Below, one piece after another: positions 63,030 through 64,000 of a stretch of 64,000 nucleotides of DNA (its first letter is position 1; every line of letters starts with the position of its first letter). The notes beneath the pieces are model-generated. The model was not told the DNA's origin. It saw nothing but the letters and a program-made list of their open reading frames with translations, and did no database searches. Origin of the DNA: Octopus bimaculoides (taxonomy: Eukaryota); the NCBI RefSeq assembly GCF_001194135.2, contig NC_068989.1, positions 26,005,096-26,069,095 on the forward strand, in the 5' to 3' direction. The position numbers were made by a program, and so were the translations under genes.

Positions 63030-64000
63030 ATTAACCCTAAACAGACAGATTCGTCCCCTAATGTCAACGTCCAAGCTCGGTATGAATCAATTATAACAAA
63101 GAAAAATACAAACCGTATCCGTCGTCACCCGCATACCAAGGATCGGGTAGTCGACTGATGAACCAGAGTCAGTCCGAAAAATTAACTACTGGTTCAAATA
63201 TTACCGAAACACAGGAGCTGGAAGTAACCCACAACAGAATGCAATATTCCAGCAGATGGCCATCCTTGTTCGTCACCAAATAACCAAAAGAAAAGAATGA
63301 AAAATGGTCTAAGGAAGATAATAAAAAGTTTTTACGGCCTTCTATCATGCCATACATTTCTCCACAAATAAACCTAATACTGTAGAAATTTAGTTAATCT
63401 GGAGACAGAAACACCTTAAAGTAAGACTCTACATAGACAGTAACACACTTGCCAACATCGGAAGAAATATTAACAATAAGAAATTACTAACTGAATTAGA
63501 GATTGAACAAGTTAAACATTCAGTAAGGGACAAAGGGAACGAAGTTGCACTTAAAGAAGATATTACAGAGGAAATAATTATAGATCAGCCCAGGGCTTAT
63601 GAAAATGCAATAATGATTGAAAGAGTTAATGTAACTGATAAGTAAAGTGAAATACTTTCTGAACCAGCTATAAACATTCAGGCAGATTAATATCAAATAG
63701 ATGAAGAAAGCCATACTGAAACTGACCCAACAGAACTACATGATCTAAAAAATCAAATTATGATTGGATGACTAAATATTGAAGAAACCAGTATGAATGA
63801 TCGGAGCAATCTCCAAAAATTCGCAATTCTAATCAAACTTTAAAATAATTGGTAAAATCTGCCATGCACTTAAGGATATAATTTCAGCGAATGATGTTGA
63901 TGTTACGGATCTCAACCACCCGTACTATGCATCCGCGAACATCTCAACGATTCTATGTAGTGAATATATTAACGACAACATTCCCACAAAAAGCCTTCTT
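63030..64000 (+). mobile_element. 5' part (UTR + N-terminal domain) of an R4/Dong-like LINE, running off the window
   Basis: KRMKWSKEDNKK...AFYHA...IWRQKH...TLANIGRNINNKKLLTELEIEQVK, with frameshifts. Confidence 0.65.

Overview
AT-rich, microsatellite-dense animal genomic DNA from a gapped short-read scaffold (10 N-runs). The SINE, LINE and Helitron types I recognise point to an octopod cephalopod (Octopus-like); this is an inference from recalled repeat families. No intact, recognisable host gene, rRNA, tRNA or CRISPR array is present. The window is a nested transposon graveyard: four RepHel-coding Helitron relics plus isolated Helitron 3' ends, three mariner relics, piggyBac and Gypsy gag-protease relics, an RTE LINE, R4/Dong-type LINE pieces at (TAA)n tracts, several Penelope-like (PLE) RT and GIY-YIG relics, and many tRNA-derived SINEs. 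Structure beyond a TE list: (i) several minimal type I hammerhead-ribozyme motifs (20.7, 42.0, 56.0, 59.1 kb, weaker at 29.7, 59.3, 63.2 kb), each one small lesion or a damaged stem away from canonical; (ii) a 21.4-29.1 kb locus where inverted PLE copies enclose a 712-bp TA-flanked foldback element and a Helitron inserted at an A|T site; (iii) a 152-bp satellite in two opposed arrays around a ~100-bp LINE RT (YMDD) fragment; (iv) a (CCCTAA)n-(TTAGGG)n palindrome with polarity opposite to a telomere fusion. Identities and family names are by eye or recall, not from searches.
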